Shown: piece after piece, positions 44,567-54,673 of the stretch
Layout: each line of letters opens with the position of its first letter
Position numbering within the stretch: position 1 is the stretch's first letter
DNA from: an uncultured Candidatus Saccharibacteria bacterium
Lineage (GTDB): Bacteria; Patescibacteriota; Saccharimonadia; Saccharimonadales; Saccharimonadaceae
Assembly: GCA_963539465.1 (NCBI GenBank)
Contig: CAUTMI010000002.1
Coordinates: forward strand, 47,168-111,167
DNA length: 64,000 nucleotides
Reading direction: 5' to 3'
Notes under the pieces: generated by a model
What the model was told of the DNA's origin: nothing
Seen by the model: only the letters and a program-made list of their open reading frames with translations
Database searches by the model: none
Translations under genes and position numbers: made by a program

Positions 44567-46813
44567 ATGAATAAACAAGAACAAGAAAGACGTGCCAGAC
44601 TCATGAAGATGCAGGCTGAGCGCTTGCCAGAAATCAAACGCCGTTTCGAAGAAAATCAGAATCGTGCGAAACTTGCTGAAACTCCTGCTCCTGTTGAGAC
44701 TGGTGCAGCAGTAATTTTTGAACAGGCTCAGAAGCGTAATTTCAACAGTAACTTCAAGCCAGGCGGCAAGGACTATGCGGCTCGTTCAAAGAGAAAAAAT
44801 AACTTCTCTGGCGACAATTCCGATGCTCGCGCAAATAAAACTGCCGATCAGTCCAAGAATAAAAAAGCCCCTAAAGCCAAAGCTCCAAAAGCTGCCAAAA
44901 ACGTAAAAAGCACTGAAGCCGAAGAGCGCAAGGTTAATCTTTCCGTCTCTACTAGACGTGGCGACATGGTTCATCACCAGCGTATGCTTTCTCAGGACGT
45001 AAATGCTCAGGCTACCCAGCACATCATCGGTATCCCAGTTAATAAATCCCGTTTCAATGGTTATAACGGTGCCCAGGTCACCAACGCACAGCTCAAATCG
45101 GCTCGCCCTGACCACGAAGCCGTCCGCATTATCCCAATCGGTGGTGTTGGTGAGTTCGGTATTGGTAAAAACATGACCGCCATCGAGTATAAAGGTGAAA
45201 TTATCGTTATCGATATGGGTGTACTTTTTGCCAGTGAAGATTACCCCGGCGTTAACTACATGGTTCCAGATATTAAATATCTCGAAGACAATATGGATAA
45301 GGTAAAGGCGATTCTCTTTACACATGCCCACCTTGACCACATCGGTGCCTGCCGCCATCTACTTCCAAAATTCAATCCACTCACCCCGATCTACGCCACT
45401 GATTTCACTATTGGCATGATCAAGAAACAGATGAGTGAGCTTGAAGATGTTCCAGAAATGAACTACCAGGTTGTTGATCCATTCAAGCACGAAAAACTCC
45501 AGGTTTCTGAACACCTAAGCGTTGAGTTTATTCACACTCTTCACTCCATTCCAGGTAACTGTGCCATCATCATCCGCACTCCAAATGGCGTCATTTACTT
45601 CTCAGGTGACTGGCGCGCCGAAGCTAACCCAATCGAAAAACAGACCGACTTCGAGCGCATTGATGAAATCGTCAAAAATGAGGGAATCACCTTGATGCTC
45701 AACGAGTCTACCAACATCGACTCTCCAGGTCACCATCCTCACTCTGAATATGACGTTGGTGACAATATCGGTAAGGTAATGGATCATTACGCTAATGGCC
45801 GCGTGATCATCTCCTGCTTCTCTTCACAAATTAACCGTATTGGCATGATTCTCGAGCAGGCCTACCAGCGTGGACGCAAAGTTGCCTTTGCTGGTTTCTC
45901 GATGATTAATAATATCGAGGTCGCCCTCCGCGCTAAATGTATCAAGGTGCCAAAAGATACTGTGATGAAGATGGAAGATATTATTAAGCTTCCTGACGAT
46001 AAAATCACTATCGTTTGTACCGGTTCTCAGGGCGAACTCAACGCCGTGCTTAATCGCATGGTCAGTGGTGCACATAAGTACATCAAGATTAAGGCCTCCG
46101 ACACTATCGTCTTCAGTTCAAACCCAATCCCAGGTAACGAGCCACATGTCGTTAATACTGTTGACGGACTCTTGCGTGAGGGTGCTCAGGTAATTCAAAA
46201 CGGTAAGACTCATCTCACTAACATCGGTCCACTTCACCTTTCAGGCCACGCATATTACGAAGATCACGTCGATTTTGTCACTCGCCTGCAGCCAAAGAAT
46301 TATATGCCATACCACGGTGAGTTCTTCATGATGGAGCATAATGCCGAGATGGCAGAAAATGTGGTTGGTATTCCACACGAGAATATTCTCATTGCCGACG
46401 ATGGTGACGTTGTTGAGCTAATGTCAGATCACACTATTCGCAAAAACGGCCGCATCCATGTTGGTAATAAACTTTACGATGATGCCGATAAGCCGGTTCA
46501 TGAAGCTGTTGTAAAAGACCGTATTCATATCTCTCGCGAAGGTATCTTTATGATCGTTCTAACCCTCAGTAAGAAAACCGGTCGCCTCATTAAGACCCCA
46601 GATATTGTTTCCCGTGCCTTCATTTATCTTGATAACTCTGAAGAATTAATCGGTAAAATTCGCCACTATCTCCGCGTGAAAACTGAAAAGTCCATCTCTT
46701 CCGACCCAGAACTAAAGGTCTTAAAAGATGAAATCAAAGAAGATATTACTCGTATTCTCTTTGACGCTACTGGCCATACTCCAATCGTTATCCCGGTCAT
46801 CAATAAGGTTTAG
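44567..46813 (+). CDS. rnj: Ribonuclease J with an about 185-aa Lys-rich N-terminal extension
   Basis: The canonical core starts at VRIIPIGGVGEFG. It has the metallo-beta-lactamase motif HAHLDHIG and beta-CASP and C-terminal domains. Confidence 0.9.
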   Translation: MNKQEQERRARLMKMQAERLPEIKRRFEENQNRAKLAETPAPVETGAAVIFEQAQKRNFNSNFKPGGKDYAARSKRKNNFSGDNSDARANKTADQSKNKKAPKAKAPKAAKNVKSTEAEERKVNLSVSTRRGDMVHHQRMLSQDVNAQATQHIIGIPVNKSRFNGYNGAQVTNAQLKSARPDHEAVRIIPIGGVGEFGIGKNMTAIEYKGEIIVIDMGVLFASEDYPGVNYMVPDIKYLEDNMDKVKAILFTHAHLDHIGACRHLLPKFNPLTPIYATDFTIGMIKKQMSELEDVPEMNYQVVDPFKHEKLQVSEHLSVEFIHTLHSIPGNCAIIIRTPNGVIYFSGDWRAEANPIEKQTDFERIDEIVKNEGITLMLNESTNIDSPGHHPHSEYDVGDNIGKVMDHYANGRVIISCFSSQINRIGMILEQAYQRGRKVAFAGFSMINNIEVALRAKCIKVPKDTVMKMEDIIKLPDDKITIVCTGSQGELNAVLNRMVSGAHKYIKIKASDTIVFSSNPIPGNEPHVVNTVDGLLREGAQVIQNGKTHLTNIGPLHLSGHAYYEDHVDFVTRLQPKNYMPYHGEFFMMEHNAEMAENVVGIPHENILIADDGDVVELMSDHTIRKNGRIHVGNKLYDDADKPVHEAVVKDRIHISREGIFMIVLTLSKKTGRLIKTPDIVSRAFIYLDNSEELIGKIRHYLRVKTEKSISSDPELKVLKDEIKEDITRILFDATGHTPIVIPVINKV

Positions 46814-46878
46814 AGTTTTTACTAACAACATCCAGATCTTCAATAAGGTCCAGTATTTTTAGCAATATCCAGGCTACC

Positions 46879-46907
46879 AATAAGCTCCGCCAGGAGCTTA
46901 TTTTTTT
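46879..46907 (+). terminator. rnj terminator
   Basis: TAAGCTCC/GGAGCTTA (46881-46900) followed by T7. Confidence 0.8.
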
Positions 46908-46965
46908 GTCCGTACTCGAAGCACAGGTATGTACTCGAAGCATAGTTTAGAGTATAATAAGCCTA

Positions 46966-47712
46966 ATGTTTTTTAAATCCTTAGGCATCGTCGCCGAACG
47001 TCCACTCCCCGAACTCCTTGCCTATCTTTTTCTCCTCTTCATGCTATATTCATTTGGCGGCTGGATTGTTGAATGTATCTGGACTTTAATCACTAAGCGC
47101 CGACTAGAGAACCGCGGCTTCCTTTTTGGCCCAATCTGTCCAATCTATGGTGTCGGTTCATTACTTTGTGTTCTTTTTCTCGCACCACTCAATTTGTCCT
47201 GGCCAGCTACATTTTTCACGATGGTCATCCTCTGTGATGTTATAGAATATATCACCTCGGTTGTGCTTGAGAAAATCTACCACGTTCGCTGGTGGGATTA
47301 TACTACCGGTTCACTTCTGCACCTAAACGGCCGTATTTCGCTTGAGACTTCCATCGGGTTTGGGGTTGGTGGTATTGCTATTCTTCATCTCGTTCAGCCA
47401 ATTTTTACTAACTTTCTCGCATATTTTTCTCCTCTTACTCTTCTCATTGTCGCCATCATCCTAGCTATTATCTTCGTTGCGGATATCGTCTTCTCCACCA
47501 TCGCCATCGCCAATGTCACCGATCGCATGACCGGTGGCACAATTGACTTAACAGCTGAAATCAAAAAATTCAGTATTAATTATTACAAGAAAGCCTCACG
47601 CCTCAGCCGCAAGATTGCGCGTTCCGCACTTTCTCAGGTTGAGAAAGCTCAAAAAGAAGCTAAGCGTCGCGTCCAGAATACTTTTGGTCCTAAAGATTCT
47701 AGTGATAAATAA
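46966..47712 (+). CDS. Polytopic membrane protein of the DUF1113 / putative ABC-transporter type IV family
   Basis: YSFGGWIVECIW...RGFLFGPICPIYGVG is characteristic of that family. Confidence 0.55.
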   Translation: MFFKSLGIVAERPLPELLAYLFLLFMLYSFGGWIVECIWTLITKRRLENRGFLFGPICPIYGVGSLLCVLFLAPLNLSWPATFFTMVILCDVIEYITSVVLEKIYHVRWWDYTTGSLLHLNGRISLETSIGFGVGGIAILHLVQPIFTNFLAYFSPLTLLIVAIILAIIFVADIVFSTIAIANVTDRMTGGTIDLTAEIKKFSINYYKKASRLSRKIARSALSQVEKAQKEAKRRVQNTFGPKDSSDK

Positions 47713-47740
47713 TTCACTTATTCATTTACTCATTTATTTG

Positions 47741-49423
47741 TTAATCCAAAAAATAGGTCTTTAAATCACTATTCTCGCGTAGCTCTAAAATGAATGGCGA
47801 CTCTTTGTCCTTTACTGTGAGAAATAAAACTTTCTTCCGTGCACGTGTCATTGCTACATAAAATAACCTCCTTTCTTCTGAAAATGCAAAGTCTGAGTCG
47901 CTAGGCTTTTTCTCTAGCAAGAAATCACTAAAAAATCGAGACCTCTTTTTTGGATTTTTATCTTGAGAAAGATTATGTATAGCTAGCTCACGTACGAGCT
48001 CCGCCAATTTATCTTCTTCTACTCGGCTCGGAAACCCTAGTGTTGCATCTCGGCAATTAATGATAAATACATAATCTGCTTGCAATCCCTTAGATTTATG
48101 CGCGCTTAAGAAACTAATCTCTAGATCTGGTCGCTCACGCATGATAATCTGGAGTTTGTCCTCATGTTTCGTAAAGGTTAAATATTCACAGTGTGATATT
48201 TTTCGGATATCAAAATTATATCTGCCGATCAAGAAGATTTTTGCACGCTCTGGCAAATTCAAAAGAAAGTAATATAGGGCATTAAGATCAGTTCTTTCGG
48301 ATGGTCCGTTAATCTCGACAATCTGGTCTGGCTCGTCTAGTCTTTTTCCACGAATTTGCTTCACCAGTTGCGCGCTGTTTTGCATAATAAAACTCCCTGA
48401 TAATTCCGCCAGCCTTTCCGGAAAACGATAAGTTCTTTCGATTTTGAAAACTTTAGTCTCTCCCCAGCATTTTTCAAAATTTAAAATTAAGCTAATCTCA
48501 CTCCCCGCGAACTGGTAAATTGTCTGCCAGTCATCCCCCACGCAAAACAGCTTAAAATAGTGAATCTCACGCAATTTCTTTATTAATAAATATTCGAGTG
48601 GTGATATATCTTGATATTCATCAATTATCACATAATCATAGGAAAAATTAGTATCTAAAGATGTTTTTGCTATCTCTAATAAGCCAGCAAAGTCAACACT
48701 TACAGTACTTTTTAACAACTCCTGATATTCACGCGTATATTTTTCCAGCTCCAGCAGGGAGGCTTGTAATTTTTGCAATTCATCCTGTTGCCAAAAATAG
48801 TGAAATTTCTCTCGGGCTAACCTTTGTAAAGAAGAAATACTCACGTTATAATTCTGAAGTAGGGAATATAAATGTGAAAATCTTTCAGCCTTTTCCTCTG
48901 TTAAGATCAGATCCGGTGCGTCGGTCGCAGTCGTTGATGCCATAACATTTTTTAAGAATCCTTCAAATCCCGATACTTCTAGCTTAAAATTTTCAAAATT
49001 CAGGCCCTTGACCATCCGCAGGGCTAGACTATGAAAAGTTTCTACCTCAACAAAATCACCAGGGTGATATATTTTAAACACCAAATCGTCCTGTAAAATT
49101 TCCGACAGAATCCGCCGCTCAAGCTCATCTTTTGAGGCGTGCGTGAATGATACTACTAGCACTTTTGGCGGCGACTCCGCTGACTTTTGAGCTAGCTGTC
49201 GTTTTAAAAACCAGTTTTTTAAAATCCACTTGATCTTCCCAATAATCGTGGTGGTTTTTCCGGTCCCTGCTCCGGCCACTACAAGTGTGTTTATGGTGTC
49301 ATTCTCAATACAAGAAACTTGCTGCTCGTCTAGACTATATCCTTCAACTTTTTTATAGTCCAGCTTGCACCTTATATTTTCTAGTGCCCCTAAATTATCT
49401 CCTTCCGCTCGACCTTCGCTCAT
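47741..49423 (-). CDS. Accessory UvrD/Rep-superfamily (HelD-like) helicase
   Basis: Walker A AGAGTGKTTT, motif II IIDEYQDIS, motif VI VAMTRARKK. AT-rich relative to its neighbours and adjacent to tRNA-Leu. Confidence 0.75.
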   Translation of the reverse strand: MSEGRAEGDNLGALENIRCKLDYKKVEGYSLDEQQVSCIENDTINTLVVAGAGTGKTTTIIGKIKWILKNWFLKRQLAQKSAESPPKVLVVSFTHASKDELERRILSEILQDDLVFKIYHPGDFVEVETFHSLALRMVKGLNFENFKLEVSGFEGFLKNVMASTTATDAPDLILTEEKAERFSHLYSLLQNYNVSISSLQRLAREKFHYFWQQDELQKLQASLLELEKYTREYQELLKSTVSVDFAGLLEIAKTSLDTNFSYDYVIIDEYQDISPLEYLLIKKLREIHYFKLFCVGDDWQTIYQFAGSEISLILNFEKCWGETKVFKIERTYRFPERLAELSGSFIMQNSAQLVKQIRGKRLDEPDQIVEINGPSERTDLNALYYFLLNLPERAKIFLIGRYNFDIRKISHCEYLTFTKHEDKLQIIMRERPDLEISFLSAHKSKGLQADYVFIINCRDATLGFPSRVEEDKLAELVRELAIHNLSQDKNPKKRSRFFSDFLLEKKPSDSDFAFSEERRLFYVAMTRARKKVLFLTVKDKESPFILELRENSDLKTYFLD

Positions 49424-49560
49424 TCAACCTCCTTTTACCTCGTACGGATATATGAAAAAAGAACACACGCGTGTTCTCCTATAAAACTTTGTCTGCGACC
49501 ATAGACCTTGCCGCTAAATATATTTTATCACAAAACCTAGTTTAATTTGTCTAAAGATTT

Positions 49561-49646
49561 TGGTGCCCGAGACAGGACTTGAACCTGCACCTAGGAACTA
49601 GACTAGCACCTGAAGCTAGCGCGTCTGCCAGTTTCGCCACTCGGGC
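49561..49646 (-). tRNA. tRNA-Leu(CAG) with a long variable arm and an encoded CCA
   Basis: The minus strand reads GCCCGAGTGGCGAAACTGGCAGACGCGCTAGCTTCAGGTGCTAGTCTAGTTCCTAGGTGCAGGTTCAAGTCCTGTCTCGGGCACCA. It has a 7-bp acceptor stem, anticodon stem CTAGC/GCTAG with loop TTCAGGT, and a GTTCAAGT T-loop. Confidence 0.9.
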
Positions 49647-49789
49647 CTGTACAGATTATAGCACACCGCATGGATTGAGAGATATTTTATCACACTCTTT
49701 CACAGCGTTTATTTTATAAGATGAAAGAATCATAAATAAAATAAAAATAGAGTAAAATTAGAATAGCATTGTAAATGAAAGAGGAAAAT

Positions 49790-50320
49790 ATGGCCATTGA
49801 AATTGAAGGTAGAATCCCAAATATTAATCCGGAAGAGGTAAAAGCTATACTTCTTGCCATCGGTGCTAAACCACTTGGCTTCTACAATTTTCGACGTTAC
49901 GTTTTTGATCCAGCCATCGGCGCCCCTCATCGTTGGCTGCGACTGCGCACTGATGGCAATAAGACTACCCTCACCTTCAAAGAAATTAGCAATGATTCTT
50001 TCTCCGGTACTGAGGAGTGGGAAGTCGAAGTCTCAGATTTTGAAACTACTTTAAAGATCTTAGAAAATACAGGTATTAAGCACCGTTCTTATCAAGAAAA
50101 TACCCGTGATGAATATGAATATCATGGCGCCAAGCTCTCCATTGATCACTGGCCAAAGCTCGGCTACTTACTAGAAATAGAGGTTGAAAAAGAAGAGGAT
50201 ATTTATGAGATCACTAGTAAGCTCGGCTTTAAGCCACAAGATGTTATCTCAACTGACTTTGCTAGCCTTTATCGGAATATCGGCATTGATGTCAATAATT
50301 GTGAAATTATGAAATTCTAA
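49790..50320 (+). CDS. CYTH-domain protein (CyaB-like class IV adenylyl cyclase / triphosphate tunnel enzyme)
   Basis: N-terminal MAIEIEGRI (ExExK-type motif) and about 176 aa long. An AGAGGA RBS precedes the ATG at 49790. Confidence 0.65.
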   Translation: MAIEIEGRIPNINPEEVKAILLAIGAKPLGFYNFRRYVFDPAIGAPHRWLRLRTDGNKTTLTFKEISNDSFSGTEEWEVEVSDFETTLKILENTGIKHRSYQENTRDEYEYHGAKLSIDHWPKLGYLLEIEVEKEEDIYEITSKLGFKPQDVISTDFASLYRNIGIDVNNCEIMKF

Positions 50321-50413
50321 AATTCTGAAATTCTAGTCATTTCGACAAACTATTATTGACTCTTGCATCGTTCAGAATCTTTTACTGTAACTCTCTTATG
50401 CTATACTAAATTC

Positions 50414-52063
50414 ATGAATAATCTACACTATGACGGTCCAATTACTCTCGTTGTGCTTGATGGCGTCGGCCTCAGGGATGATGAATATGGTAACGCCGTT
50501 TTACAATCACATTCCGAATTTATTGATCAACTTTTTGAAAAATACCCATGGGTATCTCTAAAGGCCTCAGGGGAGGCAGTAGGCATTTTAAATGGACAGA
50601 TGGGGAACTCTGAGGTTGGACATAATGCGCTCGGTGCTGGGCAAATCATTAAACAGGGTATCGCCAAAATCGAAGACGACTTTAAGACTGGCGCAATCTG
50701 GCAAACTGAGGCTTGGCGCGGTGCCATCGAAAATGTCAAAAATCATAACTCCACCTTACATTTTTCCGGCATCTTCTCTGATGGTGGCGTACATAGTTCT
50801 CTTGATCAATTACTTAAAATGCTCGAACAGGCCAAGAATGAGGGAATTACAAAAATCCGTATTCACCTTATCCTAGATGGTCGCGATGTTCCGCCTCAAT
50901 CTGCCGACACTTTTGTCAAGCTTCTCGAAGATAAAATTGATGAGCTCAAAAAACAGGCAGAATTTCCGCTTGATTATCGCATCGCTTGTGGTGGTGGTCG
51001 TATGCTCTTTCTTGCAGATCGTTACGAAGCTGATTGGAATATTGTCAAAACTGGCTGGAATGCCATGGTTTATGGCAAGGCCGATCAATATTTCACCTCT
51101 GCTATGCAGGCTATTGAAGAAAATCGAAAGCGCAACCCAGGTTTGCAAGATCAGTATTTTCCAAGTTTTGTGATCACTGAGTCTGGTAGCAATGGTCAGG
51201 CTGATCCTACTCGCCCAGTTGGTCTTGTTCAAGATGGCGATAGTTTTATCTTTTACAGTTTCCGCGCTGATCGTGCCATCGAAACCGCCAAAGCTTTCAC
51301 CGAGCAAGATTTCCATGGCTTCGATCGTGGTACTGAAAACAATCGTCCACTCAGTGTCTTTTTTGCTGGCATGACCGAATATGATTCCGATCTGCATATT
51401 CCAGAACACTGTCTCGTCACCCCAATCACTATCAAAAATCCACTCAATCAACTTCTAGCAGCACATCGTATCAACCAACTTGCGGTTGCCGAAACTGTAA
51501 AGTTTGGTCATATTACCTACTATTTTAATGGTAATAGTTATGACAAGGCGGAAGGTGAGGATTTTATTGAAATTAAATCTGATACTCAGCCGTTTAATGA
51601 ACGTCCATGGATGAAGGCTGCGGAAATTACTGACGCTGTTCTTGAAAAGATGTCCGAAGTAGACGAAGCTGGCAAGCCAAAGTATCAATTTATTCGCATA
51701 AATTATGCAGGTGGTGATATGGTCGGACATTTTGGTGAGCTTGAACCAACCATTACCGCTATGGAGGCCATTGATATTCAGCTGGCGCGCCTAGCCAAGA
51801 AGACCGACGAGCTTGGTGGTATGATGATTATCACAGCAGATCACGGTAATGCCGAAGAGGTGTCAGATCCGGTTACTAAGAAGCCAAAAACTTCCCACAC
51901 TACCAACCCTGTTCCTTGTTGGTTCTATGACAATACGAAAAATGCCGCACTCTACCAGCCTAAACAGCTAGAGGATGCCGGTCTTTCCAATGTCGCCCCA
52001 ACTATCGCTAAATTATTCGGTATTTCAGATCTTCCAGAATCCTGGCGTCAACCACTAATTTAG
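50414..52063 (+). CDS. gpmI: 2,3-bisphosphoglycerate-independent phosphoglycerate mutase
   Basis: LVVLDGVGL, NSEVGHNALGAG and TADHGNAE motifs. Confidence 0.9.
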   Translation: MNNLHYDGPITLVVLDGVGLRDDEYGNAVLQSHSEFIDQLFEKYPWVSLKASGEAVGILNGQMGNSEVGHNALGAGQIIKQGIAKIEDDFKTGAIWQTEAWRGAIENVKNHNSTLHFSGIFSDGGVHSSLDQLLKMLEQAKNEGITKIRIHLILDGRDVPPQSADTFVKLLEDKIDELKKQAEFPLDYRIACGGGRMLFLADRYEADWNIVKTGWNAMVYGKADQYFTSAMQAIEENRKRNPGLQDQYFPSFVITESGSNGQADPTRPVGLVQDGDSFIFYSFRADRAIETAKAFTEQDFHGFDRGTENNRPLSVFFAGMTEYDSDLHIPEHCLVTPITIKNPLNQLLAAHRINQLAVAETVKFGHITYYFNGNSYDKAEGEDFIEIKSDTQPFNERPWMKAAEITDAVLEKMSEVDEAGKPKYQFIRINYAGGDMVGHFGELEPTITAMEAIDIQLARLAKKTDELGGMMIITADHGNAEEVSDPVTKKPKTSHTTNPVPCWFYDNTKNAALYQPKQLEDAGLSNVAPTIAKLFGISDLPESWRQPLI

Positions 52064-52172
52064 TAAAAAATCAGAGATGTTTCTTCAAAAAACGTCTAGA
52101 AAAATATACCACCTGTGATATAATCTGTGTAGAAAAATGACAATTTTTTTGGTGGGAAATAAAGGAGCTATT

Positions 52173-53021
52173 ATGCAAAAGATTACGAAAGCAATCATTC
52201 CAGTAGCTGGTTGGGGCACTCGTCGCCTTCCAATTACGAAAATTATTGAAAAATCAATGCTTCCTGTCGGCAATCGTCCGCTTGTTGATTATTCGGTACA
52301 AGAGTTAATTAAGGCCGGTATCACCGATATCTATATGGTCATTAGCAACGTCGAGCCTTGCCAGGTACAGGAGTTCTATCGTGATAATCACGCTCTTAAC
52401 GATTATCTAGTCGAGCGCGGTAAAGCTGATCGTCTCGCACTCGCCAAAACTTTGCCAGATCACGTCAAAATTCATTACACCACTCAGGACCCAGCCGGTC
52501 GTTATGGTACCGCAGTGCCAATTGCTCTTGTGGTCGAAGAATATAATATTGACGAACCAGTCTTAGTCTTTATGGGCGATGATTTTGTCTGGAATCCAGA
52601 TGGTGAATCCGCCGCAGAATCTCTAATCCACTCTCTACAAAATGCCGACGAATCTGCTATTTTAGGTGTCGAAATTCCAAAGGAAAAAGTCGATAAATAT
52701 GGTGTTCTTAGTATCAAAGACGGCAAATTAACCGGTGTAGTCGAAAAACCAAGCGTAGAAGAAGCTCCATCCAACATGATTAATGTTAGCAAATACATTA
52801 TGTCAAAAGACCTACTCCGTCGCATTGTTAATTACGTTAAGTCCCACGACTTTGGCCCACTTGATCAAGAATATCTCGTCACCGATCCAATCGATGAATA
52901 CATCAACGAGGGTGGCGTGATGCGTGTTGCTCCAACTACCGGTGAATACCTGGATGGTGGGTCCGTTGAAGGTTGGGTGCACGCCAATAACGTCGTTACA
53001 AGCTACAAAAAAGCTAAATAA
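52173..53021 (+). CDS. galU: UTP-glucose-1-phosphate uridylyltransferase
   Basis: AIIPVAGWGTRRLPITK nucleotidyltransferase motif. An AAGGAG RBS precedes the ATG at 52173. Confidence 0.85.
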   Translation: MQKITKAIIPVAGWGTRRLPITKIIEKSMLPVGNRPLVDYSVQELIKAGITDIYMVISNVEPCQVQEFYRDNHALNDYLVERGKADRLALAKTLPDHVKIHYTTQDPAGRYGTAVPIALVVEEYNIDEPVLVFMGDDFVWNPDGESAAESLIHSLQNADESAILGVEIPKEKVDKYGVLSIKDGKLTGVVEKPSVEEAPSNMINVSKYIMSKDLLRRIVNYVKSHDFGPLDQEYLVTDPIDEYINEGGVMRVAPTTGEYLDGGSVEGWVHANNVVTSYKKAK

Positions 53022-53100
53022 TCTAGAGCAGATCACACTTTTTGTTATTAAGATATTTCGTTTGAATATATCATCAGATGAATAAAAAATAAGGAGGATT

Positions 53101-54651
53101 ATGGCAAAAACACGCACCTATCAGGAGGAAATTGGCTCCGTTGTTGCGACAATGCGCAAAGAAAAAGGACTCACTCAGGCCCAGCTTGCAAATATGCTTG
53201 GTACTTCACAGTCCGCGATTCATCGTATTGAGAAGGGCGATCAAAACACTTCGCTTGAAATGATCAAAAAAGTCTCCACCGCGCTTGGTGGTCAAATCCT
53301 CTCTATTAATGACTCCTCCTCACAGTCTTTTCGTGTCAATGGCGGCCGCACTTTGAGCGGCACCATCACCATCAATACCTCAAAAAACGCTGCTGTTGGT
53401 CTGCTCTGCGCTAGTCTCTTAAATCGCGGTCGCACTGTCTTGCATCATGTAGCACGTATCGAGGAGGTCTTCCGCATTATTGAAGTCCTAGAGTCGATTG
53501 GTGTAAAATGTCGTTGGTTTAATCGCCGTAAAGATCTTGAAATTATCACACCACGCGAATTAAAAATGGATGAACTTGACCTTGAGGCTGCCAGAAAAAC
53601 TCGCTCCATCATCATGTTCCTCGGTCCACTCCTTCATCGCTATGAAAATTTCAAACTTCCATACGCTGGCGGTTGCTCTCTCGGTACCCGCACGGTTGAT
53701 CCGCATCTCAAAGCTCTCTCCGCCTTTGGGTTGGAAGTCGATGCAAAATGTAATGCAGGATTTTATGAAGCTAGTGTTAATCAGGCCGAATTAAAAAGCC
53801 AAGACAATAAGCGTATCGTTTTAATCGAACGCGGAGACACCGTAACTGAAAACGTCTTAATGGCTGCTGCTCTCTTCCCAGGCAAGACCACCATCATTGG
53901 CGCCTCACCAAACTACATGGTCCAGGATGTTTGCTTCTTCCTACAAAAACTTGGCGTCAAAATCAACGGCATCGGCTCCACTACTCTTGAGATTGAAGGT
54001 CTTGAGAAGATTGACGAAGATGTTGAATATTACCCAAGTGAAGACCCAATCGAGGCAATGTCATTTATTGCGGCCGCTCTCGTCACCAAATCCGAAATCA
54101 CTATTAGCCGTGCTCCGATCGAATTCCTTGAAATTGAACTCGAAGTGCTTCACTCTATGCACGCCAAAATTGACCGCTCTGAAGAGTATAAATCTTATAA
54201 CGGCGAAACTAGGTTAGTTGACCTCACAATCCATCGCGCCGATCTCGTTGCACCAACTGACAAGATTCACCCGATGCCTTTTCCAGGCCTCAATATCGAC
54301 AATCTCCCATTCTTCAGTGTGATCGCCGCCACTGCAACTGGACGCACCTTGATTCACGACTGGGTGTTCGAAAATCGAGCAATCTACTCAACTTATCTCT
54401 CAAATCTCAATGCGAAAATCGAGTTACTTGACGCGCATCGAGTTTACGTTGAGGGGCCAACCAACTGGCATTCTGCAGAACTCGTTGCTCCTCCAGCTTT
54501 GCGTCCTGCCGTGGTTGTACTAATCGCCATGCTAGCCGCTCCCGGCGTTTCTATCTTGCGCAACGTCTACTCCATCAATCGTGGCTATCAGAATTTTGCC
54601 AAGCGTCTCAACCACCTCGGTGCCGACATTCGTCCACTCTCAGGCATCTAA
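53101..54651 (+). CDS. murA: XRE-type HTH domain fused to UDP-N-acetylglucosamine 1-carboxyvinyltransferase (MurA-like)
   Basis: Residues 1-65 (GLTQAQLANMLGTSQSAIHRIEKG) form an XRE helix-turn-helix. The rest is collinear with MurA (FRVNGGRTLSGTITINTSKNAA, active-site loop PYAGGCSLGTRTVDPH, VFENR, INRGY). Confidence 0.8.
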   Translation: MAKTRTYQEEIGSVVATMRKEKGLTQAQLANMLGTSQSAIHRIEKGDQNTSLEMIKKVSTALGGQILSINDSSSQSFRVNGGRTLSGTITINTSKNAAVGLLCASLLNRGRTVLHHVARIEEVFRIIEVLESIGVKCRWFNRRKDLEIITPRELKMDELDLEAARKTRSIIMFLGPLLHRYENFKLPYAGGCSLGTRTVDPHLKALSAFGLEVDAKCNAGFYEASVNQAELKSQDNKRIVLIERGDTVTENVLMAAALFPGKTTIIGASPNYMVQDVCFFLQKLGVKINGIGSTTLEIEGLEKIDEDVEYYPSEDPIEAMSFIAAALVTKSEITISRAPIEFLEIELEVLHSMHAKIDRSEEYKSYNGETRLVDLTIHRADLVAPTDKIHPMPFPGLNIDNLPFFSVIAATATGRTLIHDWVFENRAIYSTYLSNLNAKIELLDAHRVYVEGPTNWHSAELVAPPALRPAVVVLIAMLAAPGVSILRNVYSINRGYQNFAKRLNHLGADIRPLSGI

Positions 54652-54673
54652 TTACTTATGCTATAATCAGCAT

